A stretch of DNA of 64,000 bases from Octopus sinensis (lineage: Eukaryota): positions 71,982,001 to 72,046,000 of the forward strand of contig NC_042997.1 in the NCBI RefSeq assembly GCF_006345805.1, written 5' to 3'. Each line of letters starts with the position of its first letter. Position 1 is the stretch's first letter. The notes beneath the pieces were generated by a model. That model did not search any database and was not told where the DNA came from. It was given only the letters and a program-made list of their open reading frames with translations. The position numbers were made by a program, and so were the translations under genes. This document shows, in pieces, positions 13,700-26,107 of this stretch.

Positions 13700-13708
13700 C
13701 CCTCTCTC

Positions 13709-13747
<39 letters not shown>

Positions 13748-14124
13748 ATATATATATATACACACACACAGAAAGAGGAGGAGAGAGATGCCACAAACGA
13801 ATGCATTATATATATAACCAGAAATGGCTCAGACGAAAGTAGCATTAATATTTTTAGGTCGTTCAATTATTCTCAACTGTTCAATAGACCAGTTGAGTAA
13901 ACTTATCAGTAATATACTGTACCTAAAATGACTACTGGAAATAGGTGTAAGCCAAATTTCATCACATAGGTACAACTTTTTAAATATACACCGGCTGAGG
14001 AATGACAGATGCGTGATGTGTATTGCCTTCAAGGAGCTATAACGAAATTATTCTTCTACAAGGAACGTTACAAACTTCCTCTCTAATTCCTCACAAGTTT
14101 TTCTTATATATATGTATATATATG

Positions 14125-14171
<47 letters not shown>

Positions 14172-15409
14172 TGTGCGTGTGTGTGTATGTGCCACAACTT
14201 TCACCCTTGACTCAAAGGTGACATAATAACATTATTAAAACAAAACAAAATTTTTAACTTCCAATTTGGATTATAGTTTGCTCTCGTTACGTTACACCTC
14301 TAAACTTTTATGCGAAGGAGGCGTTGAAAAGAAAGTCAGAAAGAAAGAGAGAGAGAAAGACAGGCAGAGAGACATAGAGACAGGGACAGACAAACAGAGA
14401 AGAGGAACGAAGTGAGAAAGACAGAATAGTGTCATAGGGTAACTGGAGAGGTCCACATAGACGTAGATTAACAAGTAGAGAGAGCGAGATTAAGAGGTAG
14501 GAAATATCAGACTAAGTTAAAAAGACAGTAGCGAGTGCAGTGAGATTATTCTTAGCTGTTTGGTAATGTGTATATAATGAATGATGCGCACGCATTTTAG
14601 TGAAATAAGACTGAATGTGAGCGTCATTGTTGTGAGCGTGTGTTATATTTTGGTGTGATGTGTGTGTAGATGCAAACGGATATATCTGCTTAATCTAACG
14701 AAGCAACGCGAGTTATACGAGAACTGTAAAAGGAAAAAGGAGAAAAGTTGCCATGCTAAATATCCGGTATTTAGGGCCTAATTGTGAAAGAAATAGAATG
14801 ACAAAGTGGGAGAGTGATAGAAAGAGAGGGGGAGAGAGATAGAAAGAGAGGGGGAGAGAGAAACGGAAAAAGAGAGAGATGGGGGAGATAGGGAAAAGAG
14901 GAAGAGATAGAGGAAGGAGGGAGGGAGAAAGAGTGACGGAAAAAGCAAAGATGTAGAAACCAACAGTGACACGAGCATTTATACAAGTTGCGCGTGCATG
15001 CGTGTATGTACAGATGGAAACAAAGCATAACCAGACTCTCAGAAATTCATGTAAAGTCGTGTTAGCGAAAACCGTTTCTTGACTAAAGATTAAGATTGTG
15101 AAATGATGAAATACGGACCCTAATGGGAGCTGGACTCTGTAAACTTTCAATGATAACCATAGATTGCAGAGCCAATCAAAAAGCCATAATTAAATTCCTC
15201 GCCCTATCATCTTTTTATGTTGTTCTTTTAAAAATGTAAATCTACCCAATCTACCCATCAGTTAGAAGAGGGAGACAGGCGTCTTCAATAAGTGTAATGT
15301 GTATTGAATCTGAAGGATTGCTTGGAAACACACGGCACATTACATAAATCTATCGATTTATTGTGTTTCCATGGCATGAAACTATTAGTAGTTCATGTTT
15401 GAATACTGC

Positions 15410-15480
<71 letters not shown>

Positions 15481-15559
15481 CATACATACTACATACATAC
15501 ATACATACATACATACAACACACGCATATATTTGTAATATACATACAGTATATATACAT

Positions 15560-15605
<46 letters not shown>

Positions 15606-15630
15606 ATCTATATATATATATATATATATG

Positions 15631-15666
<36 letters not shown>

Positions 15667-16776
15667 CATATATGCAAATACACACGTGTGTATGTAAGGG
15701 TAGTACTAAGTATGCGGGGGGTGTATGTTTGCGTGGGGGTGCACATATGTGTGTGAGAGGCTGTTGTTTATATAATTATTGAGTTGACACGCTTGATGTC
15801 GAAACATGAGAATCCAGACAAGAGACTTCCAGACTTGCTAGTTAAAAACTTCAGCTGATAAGATAAATCAGTTTACATTTTTAAAAGAATTTCCGACATA
15901 TTGCCCCAGTTCTATAATCTGTATACATTGTATATATTTATATATTTATTATATTCTTAAGACAGGCGAATATCCCGACGTTTTAAAACCATTTAATGTC
16001 ATACGTGCGCATATTGTTCATTCAATTTTTTAAATAGCGTGCTTCATATGTATGTATGTATGCATGTATAAAGAAAATATGCACAGAAATATTTACACAG
16101 TCGACCTGTTTCGCCTACACTAGTCATGACTAAGTTGTTAATGATAATGTTATGATTTCATGCGACCATAATAAGTTTTCATTCCATGGCATGAAATTAA
16201 GAGAATATATATTTTGTAGATGGATCGGAAGGTGAATAAATTTTAGGGTGTAATCAGTGATTGTGATTATTAGAAGTAATTACTCATTTGCTTGGAAACT
16301 AAATTGATTACAGGCAGATGAAAAAATCATCATTCTTAAATAAATATATCCCGCCATATCGCAGTTCACCTATCGCGCACTCAGTACATCATGAATTTTT
16401 CTGGCTAATATGCGTAAATCTATATCGCGGCCTCCTCAGTATATCCGGGTATATCCGATAGGTATTTATATTTTTTAGATTTTAATTATTTCTGTGGGAG
16501 GTTTTAGAACGTAACACCCGCGATAGTCGATAGATTACTCTAGTTTCTTTATTTAACCGTTGTTTTATATAAGCTCCATTGGTGTATAGACAAAAACTTT
16601 GAATTTTGGTTAGAGATTCCCCACATATCTCTGAATGTGTTCGTTAAGTGGCATTCGCCTGTATCTTGGGAAAACGGAGAACAACTGCATGGAGGCTAAT
16701 TTCTTTTCCAAAGATACTTAGTCATGATTAGCATAAGCGAAACTAGTCGATTACGCAAGTATCATATTTCACACAC

Positions 16777-16807
<31 letters not shown>

Positions 16808-16832
16808 TACAAATACATACACATGCACTACC

Positions 16833-17026
16833 ACCAACATGGTTAGGGGTTCAGTCCCACCACGTGGCACCTTGGACAAGAGTGTTCTACTATAGCCTCG
16901 GGCCGACTAAAGCCTTGTGAGTGAATTTGGTAGACGGAAACTGAAAGAAGCCCGTCGTATATATATATGTGTGTATGTGTATGTGTATGTGTGTGTGTTT
17001 GTGTGTGTGTTTGTGTGTGTGTTTGT

Positions 17027-17067
<41 letters not shown>

Positions 17068-17240
17068 TGCGTCTCTGTCTGTACCCCCGCCATCGCTTGA
17101 CAACCGATGTTGGTATGTTTAGGTCTCCGTAACATACCGGTTCTGCAAAACATACGCATAGAATAAGTACTAGGCTTACAAAGAGTGAGTCCTGGAGTCG
17201 ATTTTTTCTACTAAAGTTGGTGCTCCAGCATAGCCGCAGT
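16833..17240 (+). mobile_element. Bipartite SINE with internal (TG)n
   Basis: ggttcagtccc box B; ttggtagacggaaactgaaagaagcccgtcg; 3' half cgcttgacaaccgatg...gctccagcatagccgcag. Confidence 0.85.
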
Positions 17241-17524
17241 TAATATATATTTACGTGAATACATGTATACACACATCACTAAATGTATACATACATATGT
17301 ACATAGACACACATGCACGCGTCCATATGTACACATACTCAGATACCCGCACCCATACTCATGTGCATATGTTCGTTCACCAGAGAAAAAAAGAGAGGAA
17401 AAGGAACAGCGGAGGGAAATTAATGTAACGTTATTTGACATTGGGATGGATCGCGGGGAGGGTTGGAGCGGTGGAGAGGCGACGGTAAAGTAAGGAAACA
17501 GGGATATATATACAAAGGGAAAAC

Positions 17525-17559
<35 letters not shown>

Positions 17560-18133
17560 AATAAATGTTTTTATATATAAAGAACGTGAAATACAGGAAG
17601 GGACGAACACGGAACACAGACAAATCATTCGAAGCCTTCAATCTTCAGTCAGACACCGAATCATCATAGCAAATTTCGGCTGTTCAATTCTGATATTTGC
17701 TCCAACTCGGCCAGCCCCAAGAAAAAAACTAAGCTGTAACATTAGATTTCTTGGTAGAAGACAAGAATGTAAACGCAAGAGACGGATGTAAATACAAGAG
17801 ACAAAACGAAATTGAAAACAGTAATGGATAAAACAAAATATAACGGTGGTTGTCTTACGACTTTAGACCAAATGAGACAAAAACAACAACATAGCAGCTG
17901 GCGTAGAAATAATTACCTTTTCGGTAAAGGGAACACATGTTGGTCGAGATACGATCGCCAACAGAATCGTTAAGAAGCAGCAGGTGCAGGAGAGAGACAG
18001 AAGAGAGACAGAGAGAGAGGGAATCAAGAGGGTGGAAGGCAGGGGACAGAATCAGTGACCAAGAGAAAGGAGAAAGAAGGGATGTGAGGGAGGATGGGGA
18101 AGAGGGGGGAAGAATCGGAGGGCGCCAAAATAG

Positions 18134-18172
<39 letters not shown>

Positions 18173-18180
18173 GAATATGC

Positions 18181-18213
<33 letters not shown>

Positions 18214-18218
<5 letters not shown>

Positions 18219-18667
18219 AATTGAAGAAATGAGTTGAACGAAGATTGAACAGAAATCGTTTTATTGCATTCTACACGTGTTTCGAAAGCCACAATTTACC
18301 AAATTCCGATTGAATAAGGAGACCATATTGTGTCTTTCTCTTCAGGAAGAAATAGGAAATCCGTTGAGAGAAAGACACAATCCGAAGAGAAAGACACAAT
18401 ATGGTCTCCTTATTCAATCGGAATTTGGTAAATTGTGGCTTTCGAAACACGTGTAGAATGCAATAAAAGAATTTCTGTTCAATCTTCGTTCAATTCCATT
18501 TCTTCAATTCACTAATAATATTAAAATTCAATTATCCGCACCAACGCACGGTTGCCACACCATATGGTTGTACCTCCAACCGTGCTTTCTTCTGCTGTGA
18601 TTTTTGCTACCAAGGTATCGGTTAAACTTTTGATTAATCTGCACAAGATTATTCATCTTTCTATTTC

Positions 18668-18740
<73 letters not shown>

Positions 18741-18833
18741 GTAAATGTAATATGTGACAATTATTCGGTAGCCATGATAAACTCCGAGTTTCGGATGTCG
18801 AGATGGAAATCCACGTTGCCATCTCTTCAGTTA
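18214..18833. mobile_element. Second copy of the family A fold-back followed by a family B terminal-repeat fragment
   Basis: 18214-18668 matches 1973-2496, but the right arm is truncated and rearranged (ccgaagagaaag). After (TA)n, 18739-18833 matches 2538-2632 with more divergence. Confidence 0.85.
18269..18348 (-). ncRNA. Type I hammerhead ribozyme (family A, copy 2)
   Basis: Same stems and core as 2029-2108. Confidence 0.82.
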
Positions 18834-18865
18834 ACCGGATGTATGTATGCATGTATGTATGTATA

Positions 18866-18941
<76 letters not shown>

Positions 18942-19000
18942 AATATATATATAATATATATATATATAATATATATGTATGTATGTATATATATTATATA

Positions 19001-19043
<43 letters not shown>

Positions 19044-19289
19044 TTGTGTGTGTGTGTGTGCCCTTCATTAAATATATTGCTACAAAACCTCAATAGACAC
19101 GTTACGTTGCTAGAATTACACTAGTTTCTGAACGGAAATAATGTAATAATAGCTCATGATGGAAAACGAAATATTCTTGCAATTTAACATTTACTTCACG
19201 GATTAGCATTTCAAACAAGAATTCCCATTCATTCAAGGTAAATGTATTTTGATATTTGCAAGCTAATGAGCACACAACGCGCTCATACT

Positions 19290-19495
19290 CTTTACTCTTT
19301 TACTTGTTTCAGTCATTTGACTGGGACCATGCTGGAGCACCACCTCTAGTCGAATAAATCAACCCCAGGACTTATTCTTTGTAAGCCTAATACTTATTCT
19401 ATCGGTCTCTTTTGCCGAACCGCTAAGTTACGGGTACGTGAACACACAGCATCGGTTTTCAGCGATGTTGGAGGGACAACTCAGGCACACAACAT
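19290..19495 (-). mobile_element. 3' half of the bipartite SINE
   Basis: Homologous to 12966-13150. Confidence 0.8.
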
Positions 19496-19503
19496 ACACA
19501 CGC

Positions 19504-19611
<108 letters not shown>

Positions 19612-19642
19612 GTATGTATGCACATACATACATACATACACT

Positions 19643-19694
<52 letters not shown>

Positions 19695-19703
19695 TATGTA
19701 TGT

Positions 19704-19735
<32 letters not shown>

Positions 19736-19772
19736 TGTATGTATCAAAAAAAAACACGACGCAAAGAATTTT

Positions 19773-19859
19773 GCTGTACATATGTTTCGGGCTTTATTGA
19801 ACAACTTATATCAATGTATAATTGATATAACAGGTAGATCAAAAGCCTTCTTCAGCCGC
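19773..19859 (-). ncRNA. Slightly decayed type I hammerhead (family D)
   Basis: gcgg CUGAAGA aGGCUUU...UUAUAUCAAU uauac AUUGAUAUAA...AAAGCCc GAAA CAUAUG UA cagc; one mismatch in stem I and one at the base of stem II. Confidence 0.7.
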
Positions 19860-20573
19860 GTACAATTACCACACGAAAGACATGTATCACATCATAGCAG
19901 GTTTGAGAAAAAGTTTGGGAAAAAAACGAGTTTCATTGGGAAAGTAAATCCTCATAGGCGTATATGACATTGCGAGACTCCAAAACAAATCGTTCAATAC
20001 TGTTTTATCACTCGATAAAGAATGAAGGAATTGGATGTTAAGAGAAAGAGGAAAGGAGGGGAAGGTGGTGAAGCTTTAATGAAGTTGGCATCACAAAAAA
20101 GAAAAAAGAAAAAATATATGTATAAATTTAAACATAATTATACAGGATAATAATAAATATAAAATATAATAAAAAAAAGTAAAAAAATAAGTATATAAAA
20201 ATACAAAGGACGTCACGTATAGGGTCATAAATTCTAGAAATGTATTGTGAAAGTGTAAAAGGTACAAGAAATAAAGGGTAAAAGATAAAATAAAAAGCGA
20301 AAAATAAAAACGAAAAATAAAAGAATAAAAAAATAAATAAATAAATAAAAAGGTGAACATAAAGATAAAGTGAGATAAAAATAAAGATATACAGAAGAAT
20401 ACATAGTGGTTAGAGATGATGGGTTAGAGTTTTGAGGCCGTAGTGGGTATCGTAAATTATTTTTAATTATCTGTGGGGGGAGGGGCGAATGGTCTTTCTA
20501 AGCTACATGCTCTAAGTGTAATGAGTCCGTATGTACGTGTGTGTCTATACTTGTCTACTACTTTCACATATAA

Positions 20574-20604
<31 letters not shown>

Positions 20605-20642
20605 TACGGAGATGTACTCGCATAGCAAGTAATTTGATCTGA

Positions 20643-20969
20643 AGTGAGGGCGCGTGGCTTAGTGGTTAGGGCATTCGGCTCATGATCGTAAGGTTGTGAG
20701 TTCGATTCCCGGCGACGCGTTGTGTCCTTGAGCAAGACACTTTATTTCACGTTGCTCCAGTCCACTCAGCTGGCAAAAATGAGTTGTACTTGTATTTCAA
20801 AGGGTCAGCCTTGTCACTCTCTGTGTCACGCTGATTTTCCCCGAGAACTACGTTAAGGGTACACGTGTCTGTGGAATGCTCAGCCATTTGCACGTTAATT
20901 TCACGAGCAAGCTGTTCCGTTGATCGTATCAGCTGGGACCCTCGTCGTCGTAACCGGCGGAGTCAAAGA
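20643..20969 (+). mobile_element. Full-length tRNA-derived CORE-like SINE with 12-bp TSD
   Basis: Box A tggcttagtgg, box B gagttcgattcc, CORE-like tgtccttgagcaagacac; AATTTGATCTGA at 20631-20642 and 20970-20981. Confidence 0.88.
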
Positions 20970-21083
20970 AATTTGATCTGAGATCGTGTGCTGAAACGAA
21001 AACAATTGCAGCGTGGAAGGTGTTTATAAGCCATTTAAGAAACACACAAAAGCCGTTCGATTCACTTCAACATTTAAGTTTAA

Positions 21084-21133
21084 TTTGTCAAAATATTTTC
21101 GTCGCTAAAATCCGCGACCTGTTCACTGACAAA
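21084..21133 (-). ncRNA. Type I hammerhead ribozyme variant with G3/C8 core
   Basis: Minus strand reads uuugUCA GUGAACA g GUCGC ggauuuua GCGAC GAAA AUAU U U UGACAAA: 7-bp stem I, 5-bp stem II and palindromic stem III AAUAUU. Confidence 0.75.
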
Positions 21134-21201
21134 AATCCGTGGTGCATTATATATATATTATATATATACATATATATATATATATATTATATAATATATA
21201 T

Positions 21202-21266
<65 letters not shown>

Positions 21267-21465
21267 TGTACTATATCTTATTCCTCCGCACTACTACGAA
21301 ACTATAAATGTTCAAACTCCCACAATGATTTGATTTGAAAACCCCACTAGATTGGAGAAAGTGCTAATCCGAATGATATGATCTGAATGATATGATATAT
21401 ATGTAAAAAATGTAATATATAAATAATATCTACAAATATGAACCATCTGATCTGATTACCTCATT

Positions 21466-21512
<47 letters not shown>

Positions 21513-21522
21513 ATATATATAT

Positions 21523-21682
21523 ACACGGGCTTCTTTCAGTTTCCGTCTACCAAATCCACTAACAAGGCTTTGGTCGGTCCGAAGCTATAGTAGAAGACAC
21601 TTGCCCAAGGTGCCACGCAGTGGGACTGAACCCGGAACCATGTGGTTCATAAGCAAGCTATTTTCCACACAGCCACTCCTAC
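21523..21682 (-). mobile_element. 5' half of the bipartite SINE
   Basis: Same motifs as 7476-7612. Confidence 0.8.
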
Positions 21683-21862
21683 GCTATTAATGTTAATGTT
21701 TTTCGATTCTGTTCATTTCTTCGTTGAAGATTATAGTCACAGCAAGGAATCGTTACAAGGCGATTTGTACGAATTCTTCTAGAAAACCCTTGTGGGTGTA
21801 TGTGTGTGTGTGTATGTGCATGTGTGCGTGCGCGAATACCTTATTTTACTGTTGTCCACTAT

Positions 21863-22389
21863 AGTAAAGTCTATTTGTCAACGTAAGGTGGTAGAACTTT
21901 ATTACTACATTTTAACCCCAAGAAAACATATTTCCCAGCTGGTTATAGGCACACGATCTGTGCCTGATATACTGTGAGCAAGGGAGTTAGTCTGATATAA
22001 TGCGAACAAACAGCTACTTTTAAACGATACTGAGCAGTAAAGTTTATTTGCCAATTTAATGTGGCTGTCCTACACAGAACTATATTACTACCTTTTAACC
22101 CCAGGAAAACATCTCATTTAGTGATTTTAAAACTAGCTGTTTTGCTCGTTAATGGATCAGTGACTGTCTGCCGCTTCGCTACATATTGCGAAGATGAGAA
22201 ATAAGTCAGAAACCATGGTCATCTGGTACTACTAATAGCTAGAGGGGAGTAGTACGCTCCCTTGCTCACAGTATACCAGACACAGATCGTGTGTCGTAAC
22301 CAGCTGTAAAAGATGTTTTCCTGGAGTTAAAAGGTACTATCATAATTCTACGTAGAACAGTCACCTTACGTTGACAAATAAACTTTACT
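21863..22389. mobile_element. MITE-like element with ~125-bp imperfect TIRs
   Basis: 21863-21986 and 22257-22389 are reverse complements; internal partial direct copy of the TIR at about 22036-22110. Confidence 0.7.
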
Positions 22390-22431
22390 GTTCAGTATTG
22401 TTACTACTTAAATTTCATTTAGAGATTTTAA

Positions 22432-22516
<85 letters not shown>

Positions 22517-22611
22517 ATAGATATAGATATTATATATACGTGACATATGGTATAATTATGAACAAGGCAAATTTTAGCCATTTCTCCGCAGACTGAAAAA
22601 ATGATGAACAA

Positions 22612-22654
22612 TCTTAAGCAATTTTCGAACCTTACTGGATTCTCATCAGAGGCG
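22612..22654 (-). ncRNA. Decayed hammerhead core
   Basis: CUGAUGA GAAUC caguaa GGUUC GAAA is intact; stems I and III no longer pair well. Confidence 0.45.
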
Positions 22655-22723
22655 TCCCCATCATTTTGACAATCTCCAGAGAAACAAGCAGCCAAACTGT
22701 TTATATACTGAACAAATGCAGCA

Positions 22724-22768
<45 letters not shown>

Positions 22769-24196
22769 TATACATGGGAGGAATATGCGTATGTACATGC
22801 CTGTATAAGCTATAAAACTTAAAACTGTTTTGTACCTATATGCTCACACGTGTCAGTTCGTGTGTGTGTGTGTGTGTGTGTGTGCAAAATTCGAAGATAA
22901 TTGATCAGCCCCACTTTAGTGCGTTTATACCTTCGTTTAGTGAATCATCAGCCTTGAATGAATTATACTTGCAATGTATATTTTCGTTATCTGTTCTGCA
23001 CTTATACGCATTTAAGTTTTTTACAATTTGAAAAGAATGAAGAAAATATGTGCATTGATTTATGTGTTTGTAAACGTGTCAGCGAAAAATGTTTGTCTGC
23101 GGACTTGCGTGATTGAGCACGAATGCTTATGTATATTAAAGTATGTATGAAATTAAATTTGTGTATGCATGGGTTTTTGTGAAATTTCGTGCGTGGGTAT
23201 TTAAATGAGTGACTGTACAGTGTGAGGAATTTGTTATATGTGGGTGGGTATACATGAAAGAGAGTCTTGTGTTCGTGAGTTATTTTAACAATGCACTAAT
23301 GCATTTTAACTCTTTCTGTTAATCTGAAAAATAATTTCTAACATTGCTACAAAGTCACTATTTATTTAATATTTCCGAAGAAGAGGAGGCAGAACAATGT
23401 CTTCATAGACTGGTGAAATGAAATGAGTGTTTGATAATCAGAAGATAACGTTAAATGTTTTTAGTTTTGCATGTATATACATGGTGTGAGACAATAATTG
23501 TTTTCTTGATAAGTGCAGCGAATGTCTTTACAGTGTTAGAGGAAACTAAGTTGTCATGTCCTTAGTGAAAGTTGCTTTCAAATTCTGTGAAAGCAGTATA
23601 CCTCTAGTGTAAGGTGTCTGTAATGTGTGTGTGGATGACATCTATATGTGAAAGGTTAATAAGAATAGAAAGGCAATATTGTCCTTTCACGTGTGTGTTT
23701 GTGTACTATTAGAAGTGACCATGAAAAGATCTATGAGTCTGTAATACATAACTGAAAATGTATACATCTGAGTGTGGGTTGAGTGCAAAATAGCACTCTG
23801 GTAGGGAACTTTGGGCCTTAAAGATTTAAAGACATATGAATAATTTAAATTAAAAACAAAAAGAGCCAAAATGCGTCACATGGTAATCTTGGAGGTTTCT
23901 AGCATTTTCAAATTTATAATTCTCGAAATATTATGTTGATGACGGAAATGAATTTGTATAATTCTAATCCAGAAACGCGTCCATAATTAATCAAAGACTG
24001 TTTGATTTCGTTATTTTTTCTTCTTTTTGCCTATGTGAGTTACAAATATTGTTATCTGTGGAGTCATATCTCTAGTGAAAAGGAATTAGCTGTCTTTTAG
24101 CTGCTATTTCTAAATTTTCGGTATGTGATGAAGCACTTGTTACTAAACCCTTAATTATATTTAATTATATATATATATGTGTGTGTGTGTGTGTTT

Positions 24197-24230
<34 letters not shown>

Positions 24231-24262
24231 TGGTGGTGTGTGGTGTGTGTGTGTGTGTGTGT

Positions 24263-24296
<34 letters not shown>

Positions 24297-24327
24297 TGTG
24301 TGTATGTATGTATATATATATATACAT

Positions 24328-25460
24328 ATATACCTTGACTTTGCAAAGGCATTTGATAAGGTAGATCACGGTATATGTCACAAGCTATGAGACCTTGGCA
24401 TTGCTGGGTAAACTGGAACAGTGGCTGCATGACTTTCTTCAAGACAGAAGTCAGGTAGTTGCAGTCAATTTGAGGAAACTCAAAACCTAAGTAACGTCCC
24501 CCAGAGACCTGCTCTAGGGCCATAACTGTTCAAAATAGTCCTCTTAGACATGCCCACTGTCACTCGGACAGCCACTGTCACTAACTATGCCGATGGTACA
24601 AAATTATCACAGGCAATAAAAAAGATGATGTCGCAAACTTACGGTGGGAACTGAATTCGAAATACAATTGGGCCGAAGTAAACTGCATGCAGTTTAATGC
24701 CGAAAAATTTCAAGCACTGCACTATGAGCTCACGAATGCACTACAGCCTGCATATACAAGGCCCGAAGGCACTATAATCCCAGAGTCACAGGCAGTGAAA
24801 GACTTGGGGATCACTATGCGACATGACCCATCATTCTATATGCACATTACCAAGATGGCAGCAAAGTGCAGACAAATGGCAGGATGGATACTGAAGTCCT
24901 TCAAGACAAGAGACCAAGAAATAGTTGAACCTGTGCAGAACCTTTGTTATCAGCTGCCTGGACTACTGCTCCCCGTTATAGTCACCACATAGTACCAAAC
25001 TAATAGTGGAGCTTGAAGCAGTCCAACGCCAGTAAACTAAAAAGATTGAAACAGTGCGGAGGATGAGCTACATGGATAGGCTAAGAAAACTGCAACTTTA
25101 TTCCTTGAAGCAAAAGCGCGACATATATGCAATGATCTACATATGGAAAACTCTAGAAGGGCTAGTACCTAATTTCAGCATTGAGTGTTAAACAAATGCC
25201 AGGACTAGCCGCCATTGTATTGTACCAAAGGTACCAACCACTATCTAAATTCAGGAACAAGTACTGCAATAGTCTAGGGTTCGAAGACCCACAGCTGTTC
25301 ATTGCCTTGCCAATTAAAAAATCTGCATAAGGTGGAAGTAGATGTCTTCAATAAGGAACTAAACATCCTCCACTCCACAATGCCGATTGAACCAACAGCC
25401 CGAAGTGCAATCGAGGGTATCGGAATCAAACTACTTTATACACCAAATGGGTCAACAACT
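24328..25460 (+). mobile_element. CR1/L2-type LINE RT 3' fragment, degenerate
   Basis: IYLDFAKAFDKVDHG, VPQ...LGP, YADGTK, MQFNAEKFQAL, VKDLGITM; several stops and frameshifts. Confidence 0.85.
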
Positions 25461-25590
25461 GGGACAAAGGCACATACAGGAGTGGGAATGTGAAACACCT
25501 CAAACTGAGGAAATCAGAAATACCACAATGGTGATCCAGCATGACTGCAGCCGCATGGCTGAAACGAGTAAAAGAGTAAAAGAAAAAGAG

Positions 25591-25674
<84 letters not shown>

Positions 25675-25675
<1 letters not shown>

Positions 25676-25843
25676 AGAGTTTACGAAAAAGTAACAAAAG
25701 ACGAAGACAGGTGGTGTACAAACGCTCAGGAATAGAAAAAGTCTTTTACGTTTCGAGCCTATGGTCTTCTACAGAAAGGTACACAGAAAAAACAAGGAGA
25801 GAAAAAAATGTGTGTAGTGGCTAAAGATCAATCATGGCGACTG
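25675..25843 (-). mobile_element. Short 5'-truncated copy of the terminal repeat of the Neptune family at 44603
   Basis: Shares aaaagacgaag(a/g)caggtgg, cgctcagga, acgtttcgagccta, cagaaag and catggcga with 44626-44815; abuts (TA)n. Confidence 0.8.
25743..25778 (-). ncRNA. Hammerhead-like motif with an A6U core (second copy)
   Basis: CUUU CUGUAGA a GACC auag GCUC GAAA CG U A AAAG. Confidence 0.5.
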
Positions 25844-25863
25844 ATACAATATATGTGTATGTT

Positions 25864-25895
<32 letters not shown>

Positions 25896-26107
25896 ATACC
25901 CACACACAATATACACATACACACACACATACGCACACACACACACACACATATATATATTAACTCGAATGGAAAAATGTGTCGCTCGTGATGTTTCATA
26001 TTTAGTTGCTTTTATTAAATTCATTCAGTTGTTAAACATAAATAAATCTTGGCATCAAATGCTTGTGATTTACTGTCGGGTAACTTTTGGCCAACCCTGT
26101 ATATATA

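Larger units (their letters stand above)
20604..21147 (-). mobile_element. Probable PLE terminal-repeat element (host of the G3/C8 hammerhead), interrupted by a SINE
   Basis: Bounded by (TA)n on both sides; carries the hammerhead at 21084-21133; split by the SINE at 20643-20969. Confidence 0.55.

Noticed and set aside
15785-15815. GACA...UGUC GAAACAUG half-motif
   Set aside because: No core upstream.
17600-17660. Hammerhead-like CUGAAGA...CUUCGAAU on the minus strand
   Set aside because: GAAA replaced by GAAU, and stems I and III cannot be formed; possibly a PLE relic but unsupported.
20646-20715. tRNA gene (also 13545-13611)
   Set aside because: A and B boxes are present, but the sequence continues into SINE bodies and lacks a full acceptor stem.
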